Assembly: GCF_003704095.1 (NCBI RefSeq)
Contig: NW_020845264.1
Coordinates: forward strand, 620,001 to 684,000
DNA length: 64,000 bases
Direction of reading: 5' to 3'
Origin: Pocillopora damicornis
Taxonomy: Eukaryota
In this document: positions 1 through 14,516 of the stretch, piece by piece
How positions within the stretch are numbered: the stretch's first letter is position 1
Layout: the number at the start of each line of letters is the position of its first letter
Program-made: the position numbers and the translations under genes
Notes under the pieces: generated by a model
Seen by the model: the letters and a program-made list of their open reading frames with translations, nothing else
Told to the model about the DNA's origin: nothing
Databases searched by the model: none

Positions 1-3000
1 GAACAACTAATATTTAAGTTTACACCCTCTAGAAGACTGCTGAAGAAGGGAGAAATTAGCTGTATGAATACATACTATGATCTGTTGGAGGGCAGTCAAC
101 TAAAAACAGTGAAATGCATAGCGGAAATTTCTAAGTGTCAAACGCTGGTCAACAGACACGGTCATGATCGTTTGGTAACAATAATATTGATAATTAGGCC
201 TTCAAAATACTTCCAATTGAAAATTGTAGCTTTATTAAAAATGCCAAGGAGAGTCTTGGAGCGATTAATTTTTAAATTAATTGAAAACTAGTATCTATTC
301 TTTCAGAGATAACACTTCAAAAGTACACAATATTCATCTTCCAACAATACTTCATCGGCCCTGAAAGATAGCTTTGCAGCTTGTATTAAAGGGAAATTTA
401 TGTGACTTAGAAATATCTGTAGTACATTGTTTTTGCCAGTGGCGTTATAAACAATCTAATAATTTCGAGAGTTTACGGAAATTGAGTGGGCGTTGAATTT
501 GACAGACAGCTTGTCAATAGACATGATAAGCCTTCCTATTAAAGGTGACATACTATTGGTGGAAAACTAGAACCTGTTTACCTCATTTTATCCGTTTTCT
601 AGCCAAGTTAATTATATTCTAATTCAGATGCTGCCAGACGGTCCAAGTTGAAAACTTACGACCCGAAATTTTTAAAACCCGAATAAATTACAAACTTTAA
701 ATCGTTGATATCAAAATCATGAGACCCTCTCATCGGTCTTCCCAAACGTCTTAACAATTTCTTAAATTTGGAACCAAGTTTGAAAGGTAAGCGTTTTTAG
801 TTATACAGTATAACTAATGTTCCTATGACAACCGAGCTTGATAACAAGCTTTGCCAAAATTTAGCGTTTTATCGTCCTTACTTTGTATTGGTTGTAAAAG
901 AGTCATACTCAGTTCGTACTAAAGTTTATTTACAACTTTTCACTATTACCATATACTTATACAATAAATGACTCCTTTTTAACTTTCCCACGATGGCCAC
1001 GGTGAAAACTGAAAGGTAATAACCTTTCAGACATTATATAAACATAACGAAGGAAAATACTGATGGGCGGGGAAAACCACAATCGCCCAAACTTCCGTGA
1101 TATCATTCGAATGGTTAGATAACACAACAGCTTTGTTTGAAACTATTTTTACTTCCCTAAGGGTCACATGTATGGGTAAAGAAACAAGAGACAAATAATT
1201 TCCTTTTTTATGATGTATACTTACAAGTGATTTTTGTCCAAAGTTCAATCGAGAGAGTAAAAGCGTCAGGAAGTTACTACTTGCCAAGATTAAGAAAAAT
1301 TTAGATACAAAACTTGGACATTCCATTCGTTTAGAAGCTTTGCCAGCTAACAATGACATTATCCTATGCATTAATGGTTAGTTTTGTATTTATTGAGCTA
1401 AAATTTCTCATACTCATTTCAAATCATATTACCTAAGGAGCATTAATCATATCTTTGATGGTTAATATCATTTTTTACGAAGTTTTTGCCTTTGTACCTC
1501 GTATTCATCTTATAACTTTAGTTGGAGAGCCAATAGATCATAAATCCTTGTGATTATCATATTGAGCTACTCCCTATAACTAATTAATGCATTTCCGTAT
1601 TTCCTTTTACAATTTGTAATCTACTACTCTTTAACCTTCTACTTGTAGAATAACCTTCGGAATTTGTCATCCCACTAATCGGAAAAAACACGGGGAAGTG
1701 TCACGTTCTCATTTAAATACAACTGGCCCGGCTGATCGATCAGAGAACCATTATAATTAATAATTCTGACAGCGACGAACTGACCAGTGGTTGATACTCA
1801 CAGGTAAACCTTCATTTTCAATGCTGTAGATCAGAAAGTTGCTTGCAAACATCACAAGCAAAAGAAGAAAAGGAAGAAAAAAACAGCCATCTGTACGAGA
1901 AACGCATTGAAAGGGTTAAGCATATCATGTTATCGATTTTTTTTAAGAATCCAGTCGACAGTTTATTACACTGAAAAGAGATTCTGCTTTTAAGAAGCCG
2001 GAATCATCTGGCAATTAAAACATGGAACCTCTCAAAGCTTTGAGGGTTTTAATGAAACAAAGCCAGAAGATAAGAGCAGTTTCGGCAGAATTTGGGCATG
2101 GTTCAAGGCTTGAAACTCAATACACGCTGTTTAAGGCAAAATTTATTAATTGTGGGGTTTTCTGTTATGCTAATACTCCCGTTAAGGTCTTCTTTGATGT
2201 TCCGAGATGTGAAATGAAATGACTGATTGTTTATCAATCGCTGAACAGGAGTCCATTGAAATTTCGATCCTTGGGTTCATCTCCAACAAACAAATAAACG
2301 ACATTGGTCGGCGTTTTATAATTGCATATCGTTTAAACATTTGTGAATTTTTGAAGATTGATTTCTCTTTTTAAGCTTGGATGCGCTAGCAATTCTCTAA
2401 CAAAGACAAAATTAGAAAACCCCGCCTACTTTTCTGGTCTATTAGAAACAGCAGGATTCAATAAATTGCACTTTCTCGATCACTTAGAAAAAAGCGTTTA
2501 TTGATCCAGACATTTGTACCTGCGAAGATGGTCAATTTATTTTTTTCCTCGTGTAAATTGAAATTAAAAATATTATAATATCTTGAGGACGTTGAAAGGT
2601 TGCTTGTAAATTTAATTTTTTTGCTTTAATTGCACCATTGATTCATATTTGCAGATATTAATTGAGGCCTGTTGAGAGGAAAACAATTCAGAAGCTCCAA
2701 AGCTACAAGTAAACGATATCAATCTTCTATTTTGTAAGAAAACAGCGATTACTATTTGTTAAAACAAAAGAGTGACGTTTAACATAACACGTAGTCTTGC
2801 GTACTCCTTAAAGGCTCCTTAGAAACTTCCTCAACTGCCTTGGAATCAAATAAACTTCCTGAGTTATCTTTTTCAGGAACCTTGAAAGGCCAGCAGCCCA
2901 AACCAACGTTTAATCACAAAACACTTCACTGTGGAGATCAATAAAAACTGAGTTACATCTGACTTTACATATCAAAACATTTAAGCCATCAGTCAGAATA

Positions 3001-3817
3001 TCTCCAAGTTCATCTCCACGGAAATAATATTTATGCGCGATCAAACTATTATCAAGGACATCATTGAAGTTGAAAAAGCTTTCATACGATCAATTTAGAG
3101 GAACAGGACAAAGACACCCTTGTTGTCTGATTGATTTCGTATTGTGCTCTAACTTGGAATAAACGTGGCATAACTAATTAGCATAGGCCATCTGATCATT
3201 ACAGTCAATGAATCCGCCTTGAAACTGCCATCGGTTTTCTGTAAATTTATCACGTATAGTGATTGTTCAAAATTGTTGAAATATAGAATAGGGTTTCAAT
3301 GGAAATTAAACTTGAAGAAACGCTTCCGCGAAAGAGATGAAAGAAATATTTTCCATATGAATCCGGGTAAATCAGATTAATTCAAACTTTGTTGACATTT
3401 CTATGTAAATTCAAAAGCCAATTCGATATTTATTTCACCCTCTGATGTTTATAAAAAAAACAAAGACAAGCGAGAAATACAGAATCTAAATGCATAAAAG
3501 AAAGACTTTATCAATTGGCCTTTCCTCTTGCTTTGTAATGGTAAAACAAAATACATCATACACTGAAAATATACCCTGAAAAGGTTTTCTCAATTTTATG
3601 TTTGCAGGATCATGGGAGGTAGCCAAAATATGGTTTGGTAGATGGCAATTAACGTCAAATTCGTCAGTCGAGAGCACCGGGGAGTCACAGATAATTTAAA
3701 GATGCTTTGGTTCTTGAGAGGTTAATATTTTGTCCAACGATCAACCCTGTTAGTATCCTGATCGACAAGCCTCGCATTATCTGTAAAGCTGCTCGGTCTC
3801 CGTTTGTGTCCTAAACA

Positions 3818-4702
3818 ATGACAAGCACTGAGGACCTGTATCATTCATCAATGGTCACCAATTGTGTGCTCAACGCATCTTTATCCTACACCGCCATCGC
3901 GTTGAACATCATAACAATTTACGCGATGAGAAAAACATCGTCTCTGCCGAGGCCGCTGAGAACATTATTGCTGAGTCTTGCTGTCTCAGATCTGGGTGTC
4001 GGCATTTTTGTACAACCTTATTACGTTGTGCTTTTAGTTATAGAGCTGAAAGGCGCCGATCCTGTTGACAAATCAATGGATAATGCCATGTATGCCATGG
4101 CGGAAACATTTTCCATTGTTTCATTTCTCAGTGTTTTTGTCCTCAGCGTGGACAGATTCCTGGCTGTACATCTTCATCTCAGATATCAAGAACTTGTCAC
4201 TCAGAGACGCACTGTTTTGGCCGTGATATCAATCTGGATGCTTAGTGTATTTCTTGCAGTAACCGGCCATTTTTGGTTGCCTCTTTTCCTTCTAGATTTT
4301 TTTCCTGTAGTTTTAGGGTTCTGTTTTATTTGCACAGGATTAGTTTACTGCAGGATTTATTTCGCTGTACAACGCCACTTGAGGGAAATACAGTCCTTGC
4401 GAGTACGGCGAACCGAGCAGAATATCGGTGACATGGAGCATACTGCAAGGATGAGGAAAACTGCCATTAGCACATTTTACGTTTATCTTGTGTTTTTAGT
4501 CTGTTATTTGCCTGAATACTGCACTAATATGGTTGTTAGCCATGGCGAGCTTTCTGATTCTTTAAAAACCTTTAGGTTATACAGTTGGACTCTTGTGTGT
4601 GTGAATTCATCTTTAAACCCGGTTATTTATTGTTGGAGTATGAGACACATTCGACACACCATCATTAACATTCTCAGAAATACGCATCCGTGCAGAAAGT
4701 AA
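3818..4702 (+). CDS. Intronless class A (rhodopsin-like) GPCR, cnidarian adenosine/melanocortin-receptor-like expansion
   Basis: 294-aa ORF with seven hydrophobic segments, TM2 LAVSD, TM3 DRF (DRFLAVHLHLRYQELVT), TM6 CYLP, TM7 NSSLNPVIY. Confidence 0.93.
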   Translation: MTSTEDLYHSSMVTNCVLNASLSYTAIALNIITIYAMRKTSSLPRPLRTLLLSLAVSDLGVGIFVQPYYVVLLVIELKGADPVDKSMDNAMYAMAETFSIVSFLSVFVLSVDRFLAVHLHLRYQELVTQRRTVLAVISIWMLSVFLAVTGHFWLPLFLLDFFPVVLGFCFICTGLVYCRIYFAVQRHLREIQSLRVRRTEQNIGDMEHTARMRKTAISTFYVYLVFLVCYLPEYCTNMVVSHGELSDSLKTFRLYSWTLVCVNSSLNPVIYCWSMRHIRHTIINILRNTHPCRK

Positions 4703-7700
4703 GCAACATAGCGTGACAACAAGTTAAACCTTTGTTACTGTTGCACCTGAAAGTTATTATAAGAGTGGATACAATAACACAACCTAACAACTATTTTAGT
4801 TAACAGCCTGCATTAAGTAGTAATATGATGATCCATTTGTAATACTCGAAATTGATCTTAAATAATAAGGACAACAACAAAGTAGGGAGCCGGCCTGAAG
4901 GAGAATATTTCAATTGCTCGCTGCTAATGACATTGCCACAGAAAATAAGTGCTTTGTATTTATGAAATTCTAAATTAAATGCACCCATGGAAAGGTATAT
5001 ATCATAACGTATTGGTTACTATTGTACATATCTTCAAAGCCAAGGTCGATATAGTTTGAACATAAATGTTAAGCATGGTGATAATTTGAATTTGAATTTC
5101 AAAAATGAATGAAAGCGCTTCAGCTGTCTACGTTGTCTTGCACTAAAATCTATAGGAGAGCTTTTACAAAATAACAAGGAAACGTTCAAATTTTTCATGG
5201 CTGTTTAAGTTATTATAGATGATAAAAATACACGGACTGATACAGCGTCGTGGCTAAGCCTACAAACATCTAATTAAATTTGAATTGACCTTTTAGTTGC
5301 TTTCAGAGGAGTTGCCGACAACTCCCCGACGAAATGACTTCAGGGAAATCAGAAATTCTATTTTTTCAAAATGCTTTTTCTTCTCCTCGAGTGGAAGCTA
5401 TTATGTTTCAAGTGTGTGTGTTTTTTTGTTGTTGTTGTGAATTTGGTTTTTTTTTTGTTGTTGTGAATTTGGTTTTAATAGGTGGTTCTACACTCGAAGT
5501 TTATAAGTCTTTAAACAAATAAAGATCCAGTATCAATTCTCCAGCCCTTTCTTCCCAGACGAATCCAAATGACATTCAATACACACTTGTCGTAGTTTTC
5601 ACAGCAGTTATTGGAAAAAAGGAAATGAGTAGACCCAAGAACCGGATACTGCCTGTTTTATTTATTGAAGAGTTTTTTTGGCTTCGATTATGTAAAAATC
5701 TGAATCATCACGAAACTAAAAAGTTTTTTATCGCTTTTTGATAAAACAGCTTGGTGAAAGTTAGACCCCATTAGCTCACCGGTTTTTTCCGAATACTAAA
5801 TGTACATCAATTTATTTCTGGAAGATTCTCAACTGACGAAGATCGACATAATTATATGTCTCACTTCTATTGCAAATTTTACAGCTGCACTATTTAGCCT
5901 TAAATTCATTTTATGTATCCGGTTTCGTGGCTGATTTTTCGATTCGTTGAACAAATTTGAATGAGTTAACCGACTCTTCGCATCTTATTCCCCTGGACAT
6001 ACTGTTTGGAGATAATTTAAGCTTTGGAGTTTTTAACTTGAAAAATAGTTATTTGTCATTTCGACATGAGACCCTTAGCGTGCTTTGTAACCATAGCTAC
6101 GATAAGCTGTTTAGGAAAGCTATCATGAATACACCTGAAATTTTTGCCATGATATCTGGTAATTTTGAGATGAAATAATTTTCTTCTAATAAAAGAGGAA
6201 ACTCCTGATCTCTGAGGTTCAGATTCGCTCAAAGCAGAAAATTCAACTTTCCTAAGGACACACCTGTTTGTTAATTTGTTTCGTTATTTTTTCTGTCTAT
6301 CCTTTGCTTTTGTTCTTGTTATGTTTTATTAATGGTTCGCATCTTTAAAAACTATTTCTGTTAAGAATTGGCAAAACAAACCCGCACCTCCTTGTCGATT
6401 CCACCCCCTCTGCAGCCCAGGCTCTTGCTTTTGCCGCTCAACCACCCTTGGCCCAGAGGGACTTTTTCTACTGGCTAAGCAGCGGCAGAAGGTAAGCTTG
6501 GCTTCTAATTGTGCAAAACTGCCCACCAGGAAAATTAACGAAAACAATGCTTTTCATGAGAAGCCATGTTTAATGGAAGATCAAACTCAAAACCTACCCT
6601 TCCCACCCATTAACTTTCGATACGCCACTGCCGGCAACATATGCAAAATTAGAATGAAGATCAATATAAACATCATTTAATCAGTCCATTTTGAAGTACG
6701 AACGTTCTTATGTTTATTTTCTTAAAACAGAATAGAGCTTCGATCAAAAGCCTCGATGATGAAAAGGAGATCACACTCTTTGTTACTGGAAATAGAAGAC
6801 AATCACTTTGGAGGAATAAATTATCCCGTCGTCGCGATCATATTAAACAAGAAAAGGACCGAGAAAGTCTAAGCAAAGTAAATTTAAAGTACACCCTGGG
6901 TAGTGCTCAGAAGACCTTATGTCGCTAGCGACAATGACGGGACATTGACAACGTCATGAACGGGAGATGATATCCGTTCAGTTCGTCTTGAGTTAACCCT
7001 ATAATAAAAAGTATTTATCATATGTAAATTTTCGGAAATTACCGGAAACTTTTTTTTGCTTGCTTAACTCAGAGTTAATTGAAGGCGATAAAAGATAACC
7101 TAAGCCGCCATAATTTTATTTTGAAACGTCGTCTGTCGCACTGTTCTAACATTTAATGAATGTTTACCAAGGCAGACTGAGTACAGCGTCATAAATAAAT
7201 ATGTATTTAAATTAGTTTCACTTCCTCACTAAACAAGAAGACCGTAAAAAATCTTTTAAAACGACAGTTTATAAAGGGAAATGATTCATTCCATCCTGAT
7301 AATGAATATCCTTCCTTTTAAGTACTACAAAAACATAAAAATGCATTGCCTGTTCACAGTTTGGTCTTAATATTACTCTGTTCACTTACAATTGGACTGA
7401 GGAGAATTCGAAAAATAACCTGAACCAAAAACAAATTATGTCAAAAACGTCAGCTCGGGTTCCTTTTTGAAAATATCATTAATTGACAAAAAATAATTAA
7501 AGCAGAAATAACTTTGAGAGGTTCTTCCTCTATTTTTGGACACATATACAGAGATGCAAACAGAAGGAAGAAAATATAATCGTTGACTAAAGCTTAAATG
7601 CAATTTTTCTCTCAGCACTCCTTACCAAAGCTTTCTCAAGTAGTTTCGTGTGGCAATTGTTTATTCATTGGAAAAAGCTAATTCTTAGAAGGACAGGTGA

Positions 7701-8348
7701 ACCCGCCCTCGATCGAATTGACTGGTACCACAATCGGCTACGTTGCGTAATTTGATTTTTAGTTAAAATTATACATTTTGAGAATTATTCTCTTTTACAC
7801 ATGATTTAAGTTTACCCACTAACTCTCGAAAAAGACTGCCAAAAAAACAGTTAATGCATTTCTGACTTAAGAAAATTTCAGTCCAAGTTTGATTCTGATT
7901 CCGAAGTTTAAATTCCGTTTTCTTTTCACCGCTATGCTCATTGAATAAAATGGAAATACGGAATTTATTTAACAAAGTGCATATGAAAAATATATATATT
8001 AAAGAAACCATCCTCATCTATCTTATCATTCATTAACCCTTCTTGAAGATCAATCATTGAAATATTACCAGACATCAACGATGATAAAATTGCAATACCT
8101 CCCTGTTGTTCTTGATTCTATCAAGCTTAGATGAAGGACTTCGAATTGAAGTGGTATCGGCATCTGAAAGGGTACGTTATTTTTAGATCCGGTATGTAAA
8201 ACGAATCCATGAACATAATATCTCAGATGTGAGCAGCTGTTCATCATTAAAGCGTATCACGTTCATAAGCCCGAAATCGGCGCATAAGATAGTTAACCAT
8301 AAACTTCTCTATGCCAACGCTTAAAGTATTTTTCTTTTTCAGCACAGC

Positions 8349-9266
8349 ATGGAAGTCTCGCATATCGTCAATCTCGTCTTGAACGCCTTCACATCCTTCT
8401 CCGCCATTGTGTTCAACTCTTTTACAATTCACGCTTTGAGGAAAACTTCATCCTTACCGGCTCCTTTCAAAACACTTCTCCTGAGTCTTGCAGTCTCTGA
8501 TCTTATTGCTGGTTTGTTAGCTCAACCATTATACATTATACTAATTGTCATTTGGTCCAAGCAAAACACCGCAGACCATGCCTTGACATCCACCATACTG
8601 GTCATTGTATGTGCTCTATGCACTGCTTCACTTCTCAGCGTCATTGCTCTGAGTATGGACAGATTCCTGGCTGTTCATCTTCATCTCAGATATAAGGAAC
8701 TTGTAACCCACAAACGTGTCGTTGGTGCAGTGATCTTGATATGGATATTAAGTGTAGGTATTTCACTAGTTTGGATTTGGAAAGACATATACAAAGTCTT
8801 CTCTCTCGTCGCAATCGTTTGGAGTCTTTGTTTCGTTTACATGACAATTGTTAATTTGAGATTATCTCAAGCTATTAAACGCCACAGAAACCAGATCCAG
8901 GCAGACTTACGGGTACAGCAAGTAGCACAGGCAGCAAAACCAAGAAAATCTGCTGTTAGTGCACTGTATGTGTATCTTTTAGTTTTAGTTTGTTATCTGC
9001 CGATGTACTGTAGCATAATTTTATATGTGGTACGTAAAGGTGACCCAGACAGTTCACTTTTCTACTCACGGACTGTAATGTTTTTCAACTCGTCTCTGAA
9101 TCCTATTATTTACTGTTGGCGGATAAGACCAATTCGTCAAACCATCATGAGCATACTGGGAAACATATTCTCATGTAATTCAGCAGACGAATTAGTGCTT
9201 AAAAGATCTCTGCAAGAAAGAATATCAACAGCAGGTGGTATCCCCACCGTAGGGAAATCTACATGA
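8349..9266 (+). CDS. Intronless class A GPCR, tandem paralogue of 3818..4702
   Basis: 305-aa ORF with LAVSD, DRFLAVHLHLRYKELVT, CYLP, NSSLNPIIY; same strand as its neighbour. Confidence 0.93.
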   Translation: MEVSHIVNLVLNAFTSFSAIVFNSFTIHALRKTSSLPAPFKTLLLSLAVSDLIAGLLAQPLYIILIVIWSKQNTADHALTSTILVIVCALCTASLLSVIALSMDRFLAVHLHLRYKELVTHKRVVGAVILIWILSVGISLVWIWKDIYKVFSLVAIVWSLCFVYMTIVNLRLSQAIKRHRNQIQADLRVQQVAQAAKPRKSAVSALYVYLLVLVCYLPMYCSIILYVVRKGDPDSSLFYSRTVMFFNSSLNPIIYCWRIRPIRQTIMSILGNIFSCNSADELVLKRSLQERISTAGGIPTVGKST

Positions 9267-10786
9267 AAGTTGAGGCGGTTGTGACTTTTCTTCTTGACTT
9301 AGAAATTTTGGTTTGGGTCAGCGATTAGTACACTTTTGGTACTATGTACACCACATAAAAATAATTATGAAAAATAATGCTTTTTTTATGATAAATGGGC
9401 ATACTAGGCAAAACAAAAATATTAATTCCAAGCGCTTTCATAGGAATTTTATCTATGTTCTTCTGGTTATGATCTCAGATTTTCTCAAACTAAGTTGTAG
9501 GTTACTAGCGCTACATGTGCCGTTTTAATTGGGTTCATGAGACAAGTTTCATACATAGTGTTAGAATTTGAGTGTTTAATAAAGCTTTTGCACGATCAGT
9601 GGAAAATGAAGATAACATATTAGAAGCCTCATAGGCGAGGACTTTTCTTCATCAGACACTGACATAATTCATACAAAGTGTAAATGGCGTGAAGCTTTTT
9701 CTCCCCGCAAATCAAGCCAAATATTCCTGAAATAAATTGTTTTTCATGGTGGCATTCTAGTGCAGAAGTTATTACCAAAATGGAGAAAATTAGGCATAGT
9801 CTTTCAAAGAACCACCATAAATTCTGAATAATCAATATTGATTTAGGCTTTCAGTGCCTCGCAAGTTTTTCCGCTCATTTGTAGCCGTCAATCAGTCTAC
9901 TACTGTTGTTTTCCTATTGGTCTACTCCGACCATACTTTGAGGCACACTTCATACGTGAGCGCGTTTCCATTAATTAAAGTGGCTGGGAGATCAGAGTTA
10001 TTTCCCTACGCGATTGTCATGGAAGTTCTTCCTGTGGCGGCTTATTAGCTCATTGCTTGACGTCAAAGCGCGTCAGAACTGGTTTCTTTCTACTTCTGGC
10101 AGCCGTCGTATTCTCAAAAATGTCTGAACTATTACGCTACGCTGACATTTTGCCATTTGATTTTATGCAGACCGAACGTTTTTCTTGACGGAAACAAATT
10201 AAAGCGCGTAATTAAATCCCTTTGTGTCAATGCCACCTGGTAGAGGAAGTAGTAGTAATACTTCAGGTGTTTGCGTTGAAAAAAAATTCTTTACCTTGAA
10301 AATAACTTAGATAGTACTTAGAAACTCAGGACTAAAGTAAGGGTAAGGCCTCATTTCACTTTTCTCAAAAAAAAATTGCAAGAAAAGAGCCGCTTAATTT
10401 GTGTGAATGACATATGATAAATATTCCAAACTGGCACCTCCACAGGTCACTGTTTAAATAGATAATCTTAATATGATTCTAGAAAACTGTTTTGAAACCT
10501 GAGATGTGGTATGCATACACCTAAGCTAAACGACAATTCCAATATGTAAAGTAAGGACTCATTTCATGAAATAAGAGATTATGAAATTTCAGAAATTGAC
10601 GTACATTTCAGAAAAGAAACGCGAAAGTTTTGTGCCAATTTGAATGAAAATATTAGGAGAAAACTAGGACTGTAGCGTGGATTTTATTGATAAAGCATTT
10701 TGACCACCGGCCTTTTAAATTAGGCCATCGGTAGCCTCCCACCGGGTGATCGGCAAGCACACTTCGTACGAAACAGAGTGTTTGGG

Positions 10787-11782
10787 ATGGGAGTGCATAA
10801 AAGTACAATCAACCTGAAGGGTGCGAGCATCGTTAATCTTGTCTTGAACCTATTATCAGCCCCTATAGCCATCATTTTGAACAGTTTCACAATCTATGTC
10901 ATGAAAAAGGCTTCGTTGTTACCGAAGCCTTTAAAAGCATTGATGCTGAGTCTCGCTGTCTCTGATCTTGTAGTTGGTTTAATAGCTCAGCCATTATTTA
11001 TTGCATTGGAGATTTCAGGGTACTAGAGCCCATTTCTACCATTTCCATTCGTCAAGTTATTCAAGGGAATTTTGTATGTACTTTCTAACACTTCGTTCCT
11101 CGGTGTCATGGCTCTGATTGTGGACAGATTCCTGGCTGTTCAACTTCATCTCAGATATCAAGAGCTTGTGACGTCCAGGCGCGTCGCCGGAGTGGCAATT
11201 TTGCTATGGGTGTTAAATATTTTTATTTCAGCAGTTACTTTAATTGGATCCAAGTTTTACTCCTCCTAATTTGGAATATTTGTTTTATTTGCATAACAAT
11301 TATACGTTCCAAACTGTATTTCGCTTTACGACGCCATGTAAACCAAATTCAAGCTTTGCAAGCACAACGAGCGGCACCGAAATCGAATAGTGAATTAGAG
11401 AATGCAATGAAGCTGAGAAAATCTGCGGTGAGCGTACTCTATCTATATTTTGTATTCATACTTTGCTATTTACCAATATATTCTTCTCTTGCTGTCCGGA
11501 TAAATTTTGGACTACGTCGCTTCAGTGGCCCACCATTGAATAATTTTTAGTTTTTCTCTCAGACACTTATGTTATCCAGTTATTTACCGCTGGAGAATGA
11601 GAGATATTGGACATTCTATCATGGGCATACTGCGAAATATATTTGCATGTGATAAAAACGTTTTAAAATTGAGAGAGGTTGGAGAGGTTATGAATGCTTC
11701 AGTAAATAAAGTGTATACTTCGCTTGCAATAAATTTGTTCCTTCCTTATTCGGGGTGCGTTTCAAAAAATTTAGCAAAGTAA
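10787..11782 (+). pseudogene. Decayed third GPCR paralogue
   Basis: Same motifs (LAVSD, DRFLAVQLHLRYQELVT, CYLP, PVIYRWRMR) broken by an in-frame TAG at 11024-11026, a frameshift near 11240-11270, a stop at 11548-11550 and loss of NSSLN in TM7. Confidence 0.88.
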
Positions 11783-14516
11783 CGTCCTGAAGTATTTTAT
11801 GCGGATTCAGTGATTGTGTCATGCTATTTAAGTCACCCTCCCTTTGAATGGAAACGAATAAATGGGCGCGAGTTTATGTTTTATTCCGAGCAAAATCATT
11901 CGATTGCAAAACCCCGGGAAATTAATTTCAGCGTGGTAACAGGAGGAAATGTCCAAGACTACGAGATTGTCTGCCGGTTTATTATCATTATTGGCGCAAG
12001 TGTTTATGAATAATCTCTTGAGTGGCGTCAAATTTACAGCTAAACAGGCAAAACAATTCGGTTCGTTGGGTTGGATAAAACATTTTGGGAGCAAATTTAT
12101 AATTTATGATGTATACTTTGGTTTGTGAAACTTGGAGGAGAAGGATTAACGTGAAGGAGTTGACTCCTTTTCAGCATTTACAGCGATCATTTTCAACAAT
12201 ATAATAATTCAAGCCATAGGNNNNNNNNNNNNNNNNNNNNNNNNNNNNNNNNNNNNNNNNNNNNNNNNNNNNNNNNNNNNNNNNNNNNNNNNNNNNNNNN
12301 NNNNNNNNNNNNNNNNNNNNATGCAGTCCAACATTGTTAAACCAGCGTAAGTGGATCATCTCTCTAACACAAGTGGGGAATTCTTTGAAACAAGCACAAC
12401 TTTGGGTCCCCAGAAAATCAATACAGTGCTCTAACTTATGTGGAACCATGTGCTGACTCTACTCCACAAAAGAAATTTAACACTTTAAGAGCTCTGCGCA
12501 AAAAAATAAGTCACAGAGCAAAAAGTTTGTCGTTTCTATTTTATTTTCACTCTGATAGCACAAGATGCTGTGCAAAATATTGAGAATTCAATTTCATTGA
12601 CTTGATATTTCAAAATCCAGAGCTGGAAAATTAGAACTAATTGTACTGTCTACTTTCTTAATGGGTCAAGTTTTATAAGTAATTATTTGATTCAACTCTC
12701 TCTCTCCATTTAGTACTTCAGTTTACAGGTAGGCATCCGGGTCAGATCTAAACACGGAACAAATTAGAGGAATTAACTTATGCGAAAAGAATTCACTGAT
12801 GAGGCCTCATGGTTCGCCTTGAGTTCTTCTCATTGGTTAACAGGTTGAGCTTTATACTATTTTAAGATTAACATTTTTCGTTTATTTTTAGCTCAGTCAA
12901 CCTCGTATTCAATCTCTTATGAATATAAATGTTGGCACCCGCAGCGCTGGACGACATCAAAAGAAAAAACAAATTAAAACGGGAAGACACTGGATCTTAC
13001 CAGCTTAGTTACACGCTTACTTAACGGCACCGTGTCTCTTTAAATTTATTCACAACGCAAGTTGTAGTCCATTATTGTGTCTCCTGTCAACAGCTTAAGA
13101 CATCTGGCTCAACTTGTGCATAAATAATCTGAATGCATTGTTAAATGCTTAGCTCATGCTCTGTAAAACCGTTCACAGTACGACCACCAGCTTTCGGAAA
13201 AACTTAAGAATTCATTCTGACTAACCATACATTTTCTAATCAAAGATCAAGACTTGAGAAGGAAAACAATGACTCGTTCTAATTTTCACTTCTCGAGATG
13301 GGGAACTTTTTCCATTTTGTTGGTCTAATTTACGGTATTGACTTTTCAATTTGGCGCTCAGAATATGAACCACTTCTATCGTTCTCCATTCTTCAGGTAG
13401 TTTTTCTGGGTTTTTTTCCTTCAGTTCCTTTAATCTTCACCGTAAGTCGCTTAGAAGCAGATGCAATCCAGTCGCACCCGAAATAGGGGAAAACATAGGG
13501 AGGAAAGACAGATAAAATAGTTTGCCTAGGGGATCGTGTGCAACAAGTGTTTTCCTTTGGCTTTAGGCTTATGTTATCTCTTTTTCTTAGGATGATCTGT
13601 GTGGCAGAAGCACAGATGTAGCATGGAGTCATGTTCGTTCTCAAGAACATTGATCACATGGTCACCTGTTTGAAGACATTGCGCAAGAAAACCGAGCCAT
13701 CCTGGGTACGAACACGAGTGATGGGATTTTTCCCACTGTTCCTCTCCTAGTTTTCTTTTCCTATTTTTCATTCCTTTTCTGTCAAACCCTCAACATAGCT
13801 TTAGATTAATTTCTGGCTCGAGTCAAATAATCCTATTAGTCCTTTCTTTATTTCTTCATGCTTTTTGGAAAAATGACAAATGGCAAATCTGAGTCAATTC
13901 TCAGACTACTGCAATGGCAGATTAAAATCTTTTTAATCCGGATGTTTGCCACTTATATTTTTTACTTTGCAACAGATTTCAGTGAAACTTGGAAGAATTA
14001 ATGTCTTCTTGATCACCATACAGGAGTTTTTTGGTATTGTTTCATAAAAAATCGAAAAATATATAAATATATATTGGTCACTTTTATGGTACTGTGGGAT
14101 CACCTGCTGTACAACTTACTTAATAACATTTCAGAGTTTTATCCTCTTTTGAAGTCTTTTGATTCTTTTTTGCAAAACAAAGGAGCTTTACAAAATGTGC
14201 AGAGTATGGAAGAGTTTTTGTGAAGTGAGAGTTGCAAAAAAGATGTAGATGTTTTTACAAACTGTATATAGCAGAAAGAAATCAACGAAAAAAAGGGGAG
14301 AGGTAAACATTGTGCCCGGCAAGAAAAATGAGGTAGCAAAAAGAGAAAAATTTTGAATAACTGTACTTTATAACATTTTAATTTGTACAAGTATAACTTC
14401 TCTGAATCAATTTTATTAAAATTTTCTTTTCATACAGAATTAACATTATTGTCTTATCATATCACAACTGATGATAACAGGCATTTTGTTTCTAACATAG
14501 TGTTAAATCATAACCA

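Noticed and set aside
3818-9266. The local GPCRs as receptors for the neuropeptides in this window
   Set aside because: About 35 kb away across unrelated genes, they resemble the adenosine/melanocortin-like orphan expansion, and linkage does not imply ligand pairing in animals
13393-13771. GC-richer patch with overlapping short ORFs
   Set aside because: No recognisable motif or consistent splice structure; a gene cannot be supported
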